Source: an uncultured virus (IMG/VR IMGVR_UViG_3300028394_000069)
Taxonomy: Duplodnaviria > Heunggongvirae > Uroviricota > Caudoviricetes
Direction: 5' to 3' (one strand)
DNA length: 20,000 bases
Virus record (IMG/VR): IMGVR_UViG_3300028394_000069
Of the stretch, positions 1 through 7,049 are shown in pieces. The notes under the pieces were generated by a model. The model saw only the letters and a list, made by a program, of their open reading frames with translations, was not told where the DNA came from and did not search any database. Position numbers and translations under genes: made by a program. Within the stretch, counting starts at the first letter, position 1; every line of letters begins with the position of its first letter.

Positions 1-114
1 TACTTCGTTAAGAGGACTTACTTGAGTAGGTACAGGTTCTTTTGGGCCGGCCCATGCAGGAGTACTGAATGATAGGATTAGTGATGCGATTGTGGTTTTT
101 AGTTTATGTTTCAT
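1..114 (-). CDS. Partial CDS running off the window start; exported protein with predicted signal peptide
   Basis: Manual translation from ATG at 114: MKHKLKTTIASLILSFSTPAWA-GPKEPVPTQVSPLNEV..., with basic N-region, hydrophobic core and AxA cleavage motif; open to the window edge. Confidence 0.65.
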   Translation of the reverse strand, partial: MKHKLKTTIASLILSFSTPAWAGPKEPVPTQVSPLNEV

Positions 115-162
115 AATTTATTATTTTATACGGTTTGTTTTAAATATCTACTATTTAAATTT

Positions 163-238
163 TGGTCCTCCAGGTTGGGGTTGAACCAACTGCCCAAAAC
201 TTATGAAGTTTTCGCTCTGACCGATGAGCTACTGGAGG
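163..238 (-). tRNA. tRNA with CAU anticodon (probably Ile2, otherwise elongator Met)
   Basis: Cloverleaf CCTCCAG-TA-GCTC..GAGC-G-AAAAC-TTCATAA-GTTTT-GGGCA-GTTGG-TTCAACC-CCAAC-CTGGAGG-A-CCA. Position 1:72 is paired and there are no GGG/CCC anticodon-stem pairs, so it is not an initiator. C4:G69 and C5:G68 match TilS determinants. Confidence 0.92.
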
Positions 239-248
239 AAAATTATAT

Positions 249-428
249 TTAAGCTTTTGTTTGCATTGTTGCAATTAGATCTTCATACATTTTAATTAAA
301 TGTACTCGATCCTTATCAGTAGGCCATAACCGACTGCCTTTTCTATGTCGAGTTGGTTTTTGTAATTCAATAATTCTAGCTTGATGAGAGGCGATATCTA
401 CTTGAAGAGATGAGGTAGTTTTTTTCAT
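249..428 (-). CDS. Hypothetical protein, 59 aa (not in ORF track)
   Basis: MKKTTSSLQVDIASHQARIIELQKP...ATMQTKA*; its ATG overlaps the TGA of the upstream ORF (ATGA coupling). Confidence 0.65.
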   Translation of the reverse strand: MKKTTSSLQVDIASHQARIIELQKPTRHRKGSRLWPTDKDRVHLIKMYEDLIATMQTKA

Positions 429-679
429 TTGTTGCTGTAATAAACTTCGAGAGGGTGAAGATTAAGTTTAGTATTAGTTACTTTAGTTTTACGTAGGCCT
501 TCATATTTGCCTCGAATACGCTCACCTTTAGCATTATAGAATCGAGCGAGGCTATAATTGTTACCATCAGTGATGATTTGTTGAATAAATTTAGATCTGT
601 TTTGTTTTACCTTTTTAAGCTCATTATACTCAGAAGCTTTAAAAGTCAAAAATTGAATAATTGATTTAATAATTAACAT
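425..679 (-). CDS. Hypothetical protein
   Basis: 84-aa ORF preceded by a GAACT-N4-TATAAT promoter and coupled to the next ORF. Confidence 0.7.
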   Translation of the reverse strand: MLIIKSIIQFLTFKASEYNELKKVKQNRSKFIQQIITDGNNYSLARFYNAKGERIRGKYEGLRKTKVTNTKLNLHPLEVYYSNK

Positions 680-693
680 CGTATTGTTCTTAT

Positions 694-709
694 ATTATAT
701 GATAGTTCA
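694..709 (-). promoter_or_regulatory. YGAACT-N4-TATAAT phage promoter
   Basis: TGAACTATCATATAAT; one of 10 copies, all upstream of minus-strand starts. Confidence 0.75.
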
Positions 710-738
710 TTTTAATCCAGAGACTAATCTAGTTTTTT

Positions 739-746
739 ATTAAATA
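739..746 (+). promoter_or_regulatory. T4-like late promoter (TAAATA)
   Basis: ATTAAATA followed by 5 nt and then ATG at 752. Confidence 0.6.
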
Positions 747-751
747 GTATT

Positions 752-2182
752 ATGTCTATTAATTCTGACGTACGAGCACCGCTACCAACGATTGAGTACA
801 ACAAGTACGTCGAAATTGTTAACGACACTAATTTTCCAAAGCTGAGTACTACTCGACAGACTCCGTACGGCGGTGTTGAAACGTTAGCATTTCCTAAGTA
901 TGCCATGCTAACGTATGATATTACAGCTGATCAGACAAATGGTTTACCGTTTGGAGACAATGCAGCATTAGATGGTTTTGGTAAATTACGAGTCACATCT
1001 CCAAAGACTCTTTTTGATGCTAAGCAATTAACGGGTAAACTTCCTAATATCTTTGATGAAGTTATTAATGGTACCGCTACAAGTGTCTGGCAGAAAGGTG
1101 ATAGCTTAACTAAGATGACTACAGCCGCTAGTGGGGATTATGTCATACGACAAACATCAGCTCGATTTAATTATCAGCCCGGTAAATCAATGCTTGCTTA
1201 TTTTACAGGAGTATTTGCTCCACAAGTTAATGTAACAAAACGGATTGGATTATTTCATGGCTTATCTTCCGCTCCGTATAATCCAGTTGATGGCATCTTT
1301 ATTGAGTCAACGGATGGTCTGACAGGATATGTTGCATTTAGAGTATTAAAAGCAGAAGGTACATACTCTGCTTTATCAGCTGCTCAACCTGCGTGGAATT
1401 TAGATAGATTAGATGGTACAGGTCCTTCTGGATTAACCATCAATTTTAATTTTGCGCAGCTGTTAGTCATTGATTATGAATGGCTAGGTGTTGGGAGAAT
1501 TAGATGCGGTTTTAATATAGCAGGTAAAACTATATATGCTCATGAATTTACCCATACGGCAGGATTAACGGTACCTTATATGACATCTGGTAATCAACCA
1601 GTACGTTATGAAATAAGACAGACTGGAGCAGGATCTGGTACAATGAGCCATATTTGTACTAGTGTTATGTCTGAGGGAGGTGAGGAGTATATTGGTTCTC
1701 CTATTACAGCAGAACTTTCAGCAACTCCTGGTGCGGCGATGGTTGGTGTAACAACAAATGATCTAACATTTAAACCAATTATTGCAGTAAGATTAAATCC
1801 AACAGCTAGTGATCTTAGCCTTGTAGCTAAAAGCGTTCATATCTTTAATTCAGGTGCTAATAGCGTTATATATAGAATTGTTCAGAATCCTACTATAACA
1901 GGAGGCTCACTTGTGTATAATAATTTATTAGATACAGATTTAGTTCAGCTTGCGAACGGTAGCGCATCACTCGGATTATCTGGCGGTACTAACTTAATGT
2001 CAGGCTTTGTAGATAATGGTAGATCTTCTGCTGCCGGAACTGGCGGAGGTGACCTATTAGGTGAGCTAGCTATACTCGGAACTCGTATTAACGGAACTCC
2101 TGATACTTTTGTTATAGCTGCTAAATCTATTACAGGTGCATCTACAGTTTTTGCTGCAATAGATATGATATTAAGAAGTTAA
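752..2182 (+). CDS. Conserved large-phage protein, probably virion-associated and beta-rich
   Basis: 476 aa, G/T/S/A-rich, with motifs FGKLRVTSPKTLFD, RFNYQPGKS and IDYEWLGVGRIR that I recall from large dsDNA virus hypothetical proteins; late-type promoter. Function not established. Confidence 0.6.
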   Translation: MSINSDVRAPLPTIEYNKYVEIVNDTNFPKLSTTRQTPYGGVETLAFPKYAMLTYDITADQTNGLPFGDNAALDGFGKLRVTSPKTLFDAKQLTGKLPNIFDEVINGTATSVWQKGDSLTKMTTAASGDYVIRQTSARFNYQPGKSMLAYFTGVFAPQVNVTKRIGLFHGLSSAPYNPVDGIFIESTDGLTGYVAFRVLKAEGTYSALSAAQPAWNLDRLDGTGPSGLTINFNFAQLLVIDYEWLGVGRIRCGFNIAGKTIYAHEFTHTAGLTVPYMTSGNQPVRYEIRQTGAGSGTMSHICTSVMSEGGEEYIGSPITAELSATPGAAMVGVTTNDLTFKPIIAVRLNPTASDLSLVAKSVHIFNSGANSVIYRIVQNPTITGGSLVYNNLLDTDLVQLANGSASLGLSGGTNLMSGFVDNGRSSAAGTGGGDLLGELAILGTRINGTPDTFVIAAKSITGASTVFAAIDMILRS

Positions 2183-2269
2183 TGGCAGAAGGTAAAAGAA
2201 TCGAACTCTTATCCATTTTCCAGATAGCCAGGATTTCAAGTCCTGTTTGCTGCCTCAGCGCCACCTTCC
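2183..2269 (-). tRNA. tRNA-Ser(UGA)
   Basis: Acceptor GGAAGGT/ACCTTCT, anticodon arm CAGGA-CTTGAAA-TCCTG, long variable arm TATCTG-GAAAA-TGGATA, T arm AAGAG-TTCGATT-CTTTT, G73 and encoded CCA. Confidence 0.9.
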
Positions 2270-2460
2270 GGTTTTCTATTTAATGTAAAGTTGGATTGCA
2301 GCCGTATATCTGCGTTAGGGAAAGTCCAACACTCTCCTGTTTCATCAAGGAACACGACCCATAATAGATCGTGTTCCTGAGAATAGTCAATTACAAAATG
2401 AGCAAAGCCTTTACCTTTTGGTGTTAGTAGAGGTATGGTTGGTTGTAATTGAGTGAGCAT
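2236..2460 (-). CDS. Small conserved phage hypothetical protein; its 3' end overlaps tRNA-Ser
   Basis: TPKGKGFAHFVIDYSQEHDLLWVVFLDETGECWTFPN looks like a widespread small phage family; tightly packed behind the upstream gene. Confidence 0.75.
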   Translation of the reverse strand: MLTQLQPTIPLLTPKGKGFAHFVIDYSQEHDLLWVVFLDETGECWTFPNADIRLQSNFTLNRKPEGGAEAANRT

Positions 2461-2469
2461 TTTAATTAC

Positions 2470-2706
2470 TTAAACTGCTTCTACGGCTTCTACGGCTGGT
2501 TGACGAGCATTCTTCTCTGCAGTAATCTCTCCACGGCGCTGCTTAGCAAGCTTAATAATCTCTTGAAGAAAATTACGAGCTCGAGTGCTGGCAGATTTAT
2601 TACCTTCAGTAAATTTAATGTCGTTCATCATAGCAGCATCGAGATGACCTTGAAGCTCGCTATAGGTTTTGTGTACGTCGGGTTGTTCTGTGTTTTGTGT
2701 TTCCAT
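2470..2706 (-). CDS. Histone H1-like (Hc1 N-terminal domain) protein
   Basis: KFTEGNKSASTRARNFLQEIIKLAKQRR matches the GNKxAxxRARxxxxxLxKxxKxxR signature of the Hc1 family. Confidence 0.7.
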   Translation of the reverse strand: METQNTEQPDVHKTYSELQGHLDAAMMNDIKFTEGNKSASTRARNFLQEIIKLAKQRRGEITAEKNARQPAVEAVEAV

Positions 2707-2733
2707 ATTGGTTTTATTTGTTGTTGAGTTAAG

Positions 2734-2804
2734 TAGACGCTACTAGATTTTAACTAGTACTGGAGTAGAATTAGCTCTACTGCCTCTATTTGGGCTAAGC
2801 GTCT
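2734..2804 (-). ncRNA. tRNA-like element or pseudo-tRNA with an abnormal anticodon loop
   Basis: AGACGCT/AGCGTCT 7-bp acceptor, GCC..GGC D arm, GTAGA-GCTAAT-TCTAC (6-nt loop), ACTAG-TTAAAAT-CTAGT T arm; no encoded CCA. Confidence 0.7.
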
Positions 2805-2810
2805 GTAAAT

Positions 2811-3102
2811 TGGTGCGGATGAGAGGACTCGAACCTCCAAATCAATTGATGACAGATTTTCTTACCACTATAGCTTTCGCTACCATATCTGTTTGTGGTC
2901 TGGACTATACCTTAATCTTAGTATTACTACCTTAGATTCTCGCCGTCTAGTCTCTACACCTTCAAAGATATTTCTATCTTAGCTTGGCTCGGTATTGGCA
3001 TTTTAAAGCGTTCACCGAATTTGACGAGTTCTACTCCTGTCGTTTCCAACAAGGCACTCAATTTCTACAAGTCTGTTGTGTTTACCATTTCACCACATCC
3101 GC
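2811..3102 (-). tRNA. trnL: tRNA-Leu(UAA) interrupted by a group I intron (exons 3069-3102 and 2811-2860)
   Basis: Joined exons give GCGGATG..ACAGA-CTTAAAA-TCTGT..GGAGG-TTCGAGT-CCTCT-CATCCGC-A-CCA. Confidence 0.93.
2861..3068 (-). mobile_element. Group I intron (trnL-UAA / IC3-like), 208 nt, no ORF
   Basis: Inserted after U34 and ends in G. P1 ACUU/GAGU has the U.G splice-site pair. P AAUUCGGUGAAC, Q AAUACCGAGC, R GUGUAGAGACUAG and S AAGGUAUAGUCC (P7 GACUA/UAGUC) are present, with GAAA tetraloops in P2 and P9. Confidence 0.92.
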
Positions 3103-3111
3103 ATTTAAATA

Positions 3112-3723
3112 TTATTTTTGCATATTATGTTTTGTTAAAAGTTTAGTTGCTCTTGAATAATTGCCGCCCTTAGGAGAGAGATTGACATGTATTAGTGCTT
3201 GTCTTATATTAGACTCCTTTATTAGAGATGCAAGTAAGATTTCATCAGAAACTTTGGTTTTACCTGTATTTTTATTTTTACCACAATAAGTGTCGGTTAA
3301 AGAATGACAATTTGGACAAAGTAATCTTAGATTAGATAAAGTATTATTAAAATTATTTCCGTCAATATGATCCAATTCTAAATTAAGCTTTTGTCCTCTC
3401 CATTCACTAAGGTTACAAATTACACATTTATCGTCTATAAAATATTCTCTTAATAGTAATTTTTTAATTGCATGATTAGATAGAGTATTAGATTCACCGT
3501 TTATAAAGCGGCTAACTTGGTTTTGTTGTTTCGTTATAATAGATTTTTCTCTTGCTTCATCATTAAAACCTCCATTTCGTTGATTCATATTATAACAATG
3601 CTTTAATCCAGTTGAGTTTTTAGATCTATTCGCTGGACACGAGTTCCAAGATTTATTACAGATATTTTTACCTTGCTTAGTTATAAACTTTGCTTCATTA
3701 TTACAGCCATATTCACATTTCAT
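3112..3723 (-). CDS. Free-standing HNH homing endonuclease (start revised from 3747 to 3723)
   Basis: CVIC...LELDHIDGNNFNNTLSNLRLLCPNCHS HNH/zinc motif; ATTAAATA plus 5 nt precedes the MKCEYGC start. Confidence 0.88.
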   Translation of the reverse strand: MKCEYGCNNEAKFITKQGKNICNKSWNSCPANRSKNSTGLKHCYNMNQRNGGFNDEAREKSIITKQQNQVSRFINGESNTLSNHAIKKLLLREYFIDDKCVICNLSEWRGQKLNLELDHIDGNNFNNTLSNLRLLCPNCHSLTDTYCGKNKNTGKTKVSDEILLASLIKESNIRQALIHVNLSPKGGNYSRATKLLTKHNMQK

Positions 3724-3728
3724 ATAAG

Positions 3729-3736
3729 TATTTAAT
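3729..3736 (-). promoter_or_regulatory. T4-like late promoter of the HNH gene
   Basis: ATTAAATA-CTTAT-ATG. Confidence 0.6.
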
Positions 3737-3810
3737 ATGGCATACATTGTTTTAATTAAAATATTGATCTTTTATTAATTATATACTCCTTTTCTTGTTA
3801 ATCTACTTTT

Positions 3811-4203
3811 TTAACAGATATATTCAGCTCCATTATAATACCAGATTTTTTTGTATCCTATGCTATTAAGCAAAGCTTGACAATTATCGCAAGGCTTTGA
3901 TACAGCTACTTTATTTTGATTGTCAATACGAATATTAACGAATGTCAAATGCGCGCAATCTTCAAGTCCCATCTTAATAATAGCAGAGCATTCAGAATGG
4001 ATACCTGCAATGTAGTTACCAGTATTGACTTTAGCTTTGTAATGACCAAATTTATGATAACGGTGTTGTTTAGAGTAATCATTATTTGCGATACAAACTA
4101 GCTTTTTTTTATTGAAGACAAACGTAGTATGAAAAGAACGACCGGTCTGATGGGTAGGCTTAAGAGCTTTCGTAATATTCTCAAGCTTGCGAAAATTAAT
4201 CAT
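3811..4203 (-). CDS. Cytidine/dCMP deaminase-fold zinc protein
   Basis: HSE...SKPCDNC (HxE/PCxxC) motifs. Confidence 0.8.
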   Translation of the reverse strand: MINFRKLENITKALKPTHQTGRSFHTTFVFNKKKLVCIANNDYSKQHRYHKFGHYKAKVNTGNYIAGIHSECSAIIKMGLEDCAHLTFVNIRIDNQNKVAVSKPCDNCQALLNSIGYKKIWYYNGAEYIC

Positions 4204-4213
4204 TTTTTAAAAG

Positions 4214-4288
4214 TGGTGCACGTAATAAGATTCGAACTTATGACCCCCTCTTTATCAATGAGGCGCTCTACCACTGAGCTATACGTGC
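4214..4288 (-). tRNA. tRNA-Ile(GAU)
   Basis: GCACGTA-TA-GCTC-AGTGGTA-GAGC-G-CCTCA-TTGATAA-AGAGG-GGGTC-ATAAG-TTCGAAT-CTTAT-TACGTGC-A-CCA; A31.A39 mismatch. Confidence 0.92.
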
Positions 4289-4298
4289 AATTAAAGAG

Positions 4299-4370
4299 AG
4301 GCTCGTGAGTGACTTGAACACTCCTCGTCGGATTACAAAACCGATGCATCGTCATCTATGCTTACGAGCC
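4299..4370 (-). tRNA. tRNA-Thr(UGU)
   Basis: GGCTCGT/ACGAGCC acceptor, TCGGT-TTTGTAA-TCCGA anticodon arm, GAGTG-TTCAAGT-CACTC T arm; CCA not encoded. Confidence 0.87.
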
Positions 4371-4418
4371 AAATTTATATGCTATATAATCATTTTATAT
4401 AGCATATGCAACCGAACC

Positions 4419-4658
4419 TTAAGCAAACTTAAGGCCTTGCTTATTAACCAATCGACCCAATGCGCGAGTATTAACTCGTTCCCACTCAGGCGTATCCAAG
4501 TTAGACATGTCTACAGTACCTTTAGTGCGATTAAGCATCCGAGTCATATTACCAAGTAGATGAAATTCACCTTTGCTATCACGCTCAAGATAGACGTTAA
4601 AGAGCTTAGGATTTTTAGTTGCATTGCGATTTTTGAACCAGGCGGAGTTACGTTTCAT
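4419..4658 (-). CDS. Hypothetical protein
   Basis: 79-aa ORF with an upstream GAACT promoter and a C/A-rich leader. Confidence 0.7.
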   Translation of the reverse strand: MKRNSAWFKNRNATKNPKLFNVYLERDSKGEFHLLGNMTRMLNRTKGTVDMSNLDTPEWERVNTRALGRLVNKQGLKFA

Positions 4659-4723
4659 ATGTTTGTTTTTGTTTTTTGTTTTTGTGTTGTTAGCAGAATT
4701 GCTAAAAGTTTCGTTATAATAAT

Positions 4724-4739
4724 ATTATATAGTAGTTCG
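4724..4739 (-). promoter_or_regulatory. YGAACT-N4-TATAAT phage promoter
   Basis: CGAACTACTATATAAT. Confidence 0.75.
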
Positions 4740-4748
4740 TTTTAACAT

Positions 4749-5213
4749 CTATTTGATATTTTTCTTAGTTAAAAATGATTCTTTAAAAGCAGCATCGTAC
4801 AGAGTATATTGACGGTCGCAAGCTTCAATCTCCCAGGGAAAGTTAAAATAAATATCATTACTGAGAGTATATCTATGCTTTTCTCCTCCCCAATAAAAAA
4901 ACTTATGATCACTTGTTAAGCGATTTTCATGATATTGTTCTGCATGCACTAACTCATGACATACTGTTGACAGAAGTTCATCTATTTTTCCTTTACGAGG
5001 ATCTATTTCCACAGTATGAGTAGTAGAAACATATTGACCGATTAATGCGACATTGCGAATAGGTCTAAAATGTATCTTAATATCTTCAGGTATATTAACT
5101 AGTTCATATAACGTTTTAATATTAGGCTCGATAATTTTATTCAGTTTTTTTACTTTATTGAATAGACATTTATATTTACCATGACGTATAGAGGTTGCAG
5201 CAGTTATAATCAT
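4749..5213 (-). CDS. HExxH zinc metallopeptidase-like protein
   Basis: STVCHELVHAEQY and downstream PWEIEA. Confidence 0.75.
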   Translation of the reverse strand: MIITAATSIRHGKYKCLFNKVKKLNKIIEPNIKTLYELVNIPEDIKIHFRPIRNVALIGQYVSTTHTVEIDPRKGKIDELLSTVCHELVHAEQYHENRLTSDHKFFYWGGEKHRYTLSNDIYFNFPWEIEACDRQYTLYDAAFKESFLTKKNIK

Positions 5214-5226
5214 TTAGTATATATTT

Positions 5227-5242
5227 ATTATAGTCTAGTTCA
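5227..5242 (-). promoter_or_regulatory. YGAACT-N4-TATAAT phage promoter
   Basis: TGAACTAGACTATAAT. Confidence 0.75.
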
Positions 5243-5257
5243 TTCTGGTTTGCAAAG

Positions 5258-6577
5258 TTAAATAGTGTGTTCTAATTCTTCCGCATCATCCGATTCCAAA
5301 TCGACGATTCCATTATCTAGCGCTTCTGATTCTTTAAGATTAAACGCAAACGACTTAAGCTTAAGCGCTCTGAGTCCTTTGGTTTCATTTCGCAAACAAA
5401 TACCTTCAGCAGGAACGCCAGTGTTACACTCTTTGCAGATTTTCTCCATATTAAACGAAGTTTTCAAGCATTTAAGAAATTCATCATGCCAATGAGATTC
5501 AAGCTGTAGATGAGGAAACAAATCCTTCGCTTGACCTTGGTAAAAGATAGGAACATGCTCTAGCTTATTATCCTTGCAGAACTGAATGACCTCCTGCATT
5601 GAATACTCTGTTACTACGTTACTAGGAGACGTATGAGTCACTCGATAAACGACTACTTTAAATTTTCCAGGCTTGCAGCCATAAGTCCACTTACCCTGAA
5701 TCTTACTTCCAGATGGAGTATAACCTACGATTTCCGCATAGATTTGAATTCCATCTGTCAGAGCATGCTCAATCGTTTTAAAGCCTCCGTGCCAAACATC
5801 TTCCTTGTAGTAATGATTGCTTTGCGCAATGAGAGATTTAATCACCGCACGACTAGCATAAACATTTTCGTATTCAGCTAATTGAACATTCAATCCGCAA
5901 AAATTCTTAATTTTCTCCCACCAGGATAAATTTCGCTTTAGTAAAACGCGACCACAGTTGAGACTAGTACCGTGAAATTTATCGGAGATCACAATATAAT
6001 CATCAGGATCAATCAAATGAATGTTATCAGCCAGCTTAGAGGTATCGTAGTGGAGATGATATTGACCTTCAATCAAACGACTTGGCAGTTTTTTTATTTT
6101 TTTACCTGCAATGCCTGGGATTTGCTTTTCGCGGATCAGATATTTCCTACACAATTCTTCACCATCGATGGTATCAAAGGCGTGGTTATCAGCAACATTA
6201 TCCCATTCGGAAACTTTAATTCCGCGCCAAGCCTCAAAATATTCTAGAGGACAAAACAATCCTTCACTTGGAACTTTCATGAATTTGATACACCGAACTC
6301 GTCGCTTATCGCCAAAGTATCCCTTCTTGGTCTGATCAACATTCAACATTTGGTCAGAATGAAGATTATTTTTCGCTGCAAAGGATCCGGCTAGTTGACT
6401 CTCTACTGGAAAAAATACACCCTTATCACCTACTTTAGAGTCTTTTGAAACAATGACAAGATTACCGTTGATAACAGCATGCTGGATATTATTTGCACCC
6501 GGAATCGCCAGCAGCGTTTTCAAAGTAACGTAATGTGCAGCGTAATTTTCGCTGTTTTCGATAGTCAGTTTATTCAT
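5258..6577 (-). CDS. RNA ligase, DRB0094/Rnl2-Rnl5-like, with N-terminal OB domain
   Basis: Nucleotidyltransferase motifs DKFHGTS (I), YAEIVG (III), AEGICL (IV) and LKLKS (V); N-terminal IPGANNIQHA..VGDKGVFFPVES OB-fold. Confidence 0.85.
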   Translation of the reverse strand: MNKLTIENSENYAAHYVTLKTLLAIPGANNIQHAVINGNLVIVSKDSKVGDKGVFFPVESQLAGSFAAKNNLHSDQMLNVDQTKKGYFGDKRRVRCIKFMKVPSEGLFCPLEYFEAWRGIKVSEWDNVADNHAFDTIDGEELCRKYLIREKQIPGIAGKKIKKLPSRLIEGQYHLHYDTSKLADNIHLIDPDDYIVISDKFHGTSLNCGRVLLKRNLSWWEKIKNFCGLNVQLAEYENVYASRAVIKSLIAQSNHYYKEDVWHGGFKTIEHALTDGIQIYAEIVGYTPSGSKIQGKWTYGCKPGKFKVVVYRVTHTSPSNVVTEYSMQEVIQFCKDNKLEHVPIFYQGQAKDLFPHLQLESHWHDEFLKCLKTSFNMEKICKECNTGVPAEGICLRNETKGLRALKLKSFAFNLKESEALDNGIVDLESDDAEELEHTI

Positions 6578-6604
6578 TTTTAATTAAAGTTTTTATTATA
6601 ACTT

Positions 6605-6620
6605 ATTATATACTAGTTCA
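6605..6620 (-). promoter_or_regulatory. YGAACT-N4-TATAAT phage promoter
   Basis: TGAACTAGTATATAAT. Confidence 0.75.
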
Positions 6621-7046
6621 TTATGGTTTTGCAAAGTATACATCCATATATTCAGGTAAATTTGTATAAAATTTAAGAGATTTAGTACTGGCAAGATAGA
6701 TATCAACGACGTACGCTTTACCTTTTGAAGCTTTCTTTTTTGTTACAGCGCTGCCTCTATCTTGTACAATGAAAAGTCCATCATCTAAGATTCCTTTTAG
6801 TCTCGGAATAGATACCTTTGTGCCAAATTTAAAGTCAGGATGAGCAGCGACAGTCACTCCTTGAGTGGCTATCTTAACGCCTGGTGCAGACACTTGAGTG
6901 CCCCATTTTTTATCAGGAGTATAATAAGTTACACGACAAATAAGTTTTTTATATTGTGCCGTCCGTACTGCAGTATAAGTGTTATGTTGAATGCTCTGGC
7001 AGGACGCAAGCAGAGTAGCTAAGCAAAGGCTAATTCGAGTTTTCAT
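6621..7046 (-). CDS. 3D-domain (MltA-like) lipoprotein, putative peptidoglycan-acting enzyme
   Basis: Lipobox LLASC; VTYY..VAAHPD..FGTKVSIP..VQDRG..VVDIY. Confidence 0.75.
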   Translation of the reverse strand: MKTRISLCLATLLASCQSIQHNTYTAVRTAQYKKLICRVTYYTPDKKWGTQVSAPGVKIATQGVTVAAHPDFKFGTKVSIPRLKGILDDGLFIVQDRGSAVTKKKASKGKAYVVDIYLASTKSLKFYTNLPEYMDVYFAKP

Positions 7047-7049
7047 AGG

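Noticed and set aside
2183..2269. Selenocysteine tRNA
   Set aside because: On the coding (minus) strand the anticodon is UGA (Ser), not UCA, and the acceptor stem is 7 bp.
2734..2804. Amber-suppressor tRNA (CUA in the loop) and TAG recoding of the genome
   Set aside because: The loop is 6 nt and lacks U33. Long ORFs read normally in code 11, and reading through the radA-N TAG (9183) hits TAA four codons later, so it fuses nothing.
4690..4705. Inverted repeat TTAGCA-GAAT-TGCTAA in a 5' leader
   Set aside because: Only 6 bp and a single occurrence in AT-rich DNA; could be an operator or hairpin but is unsupported.
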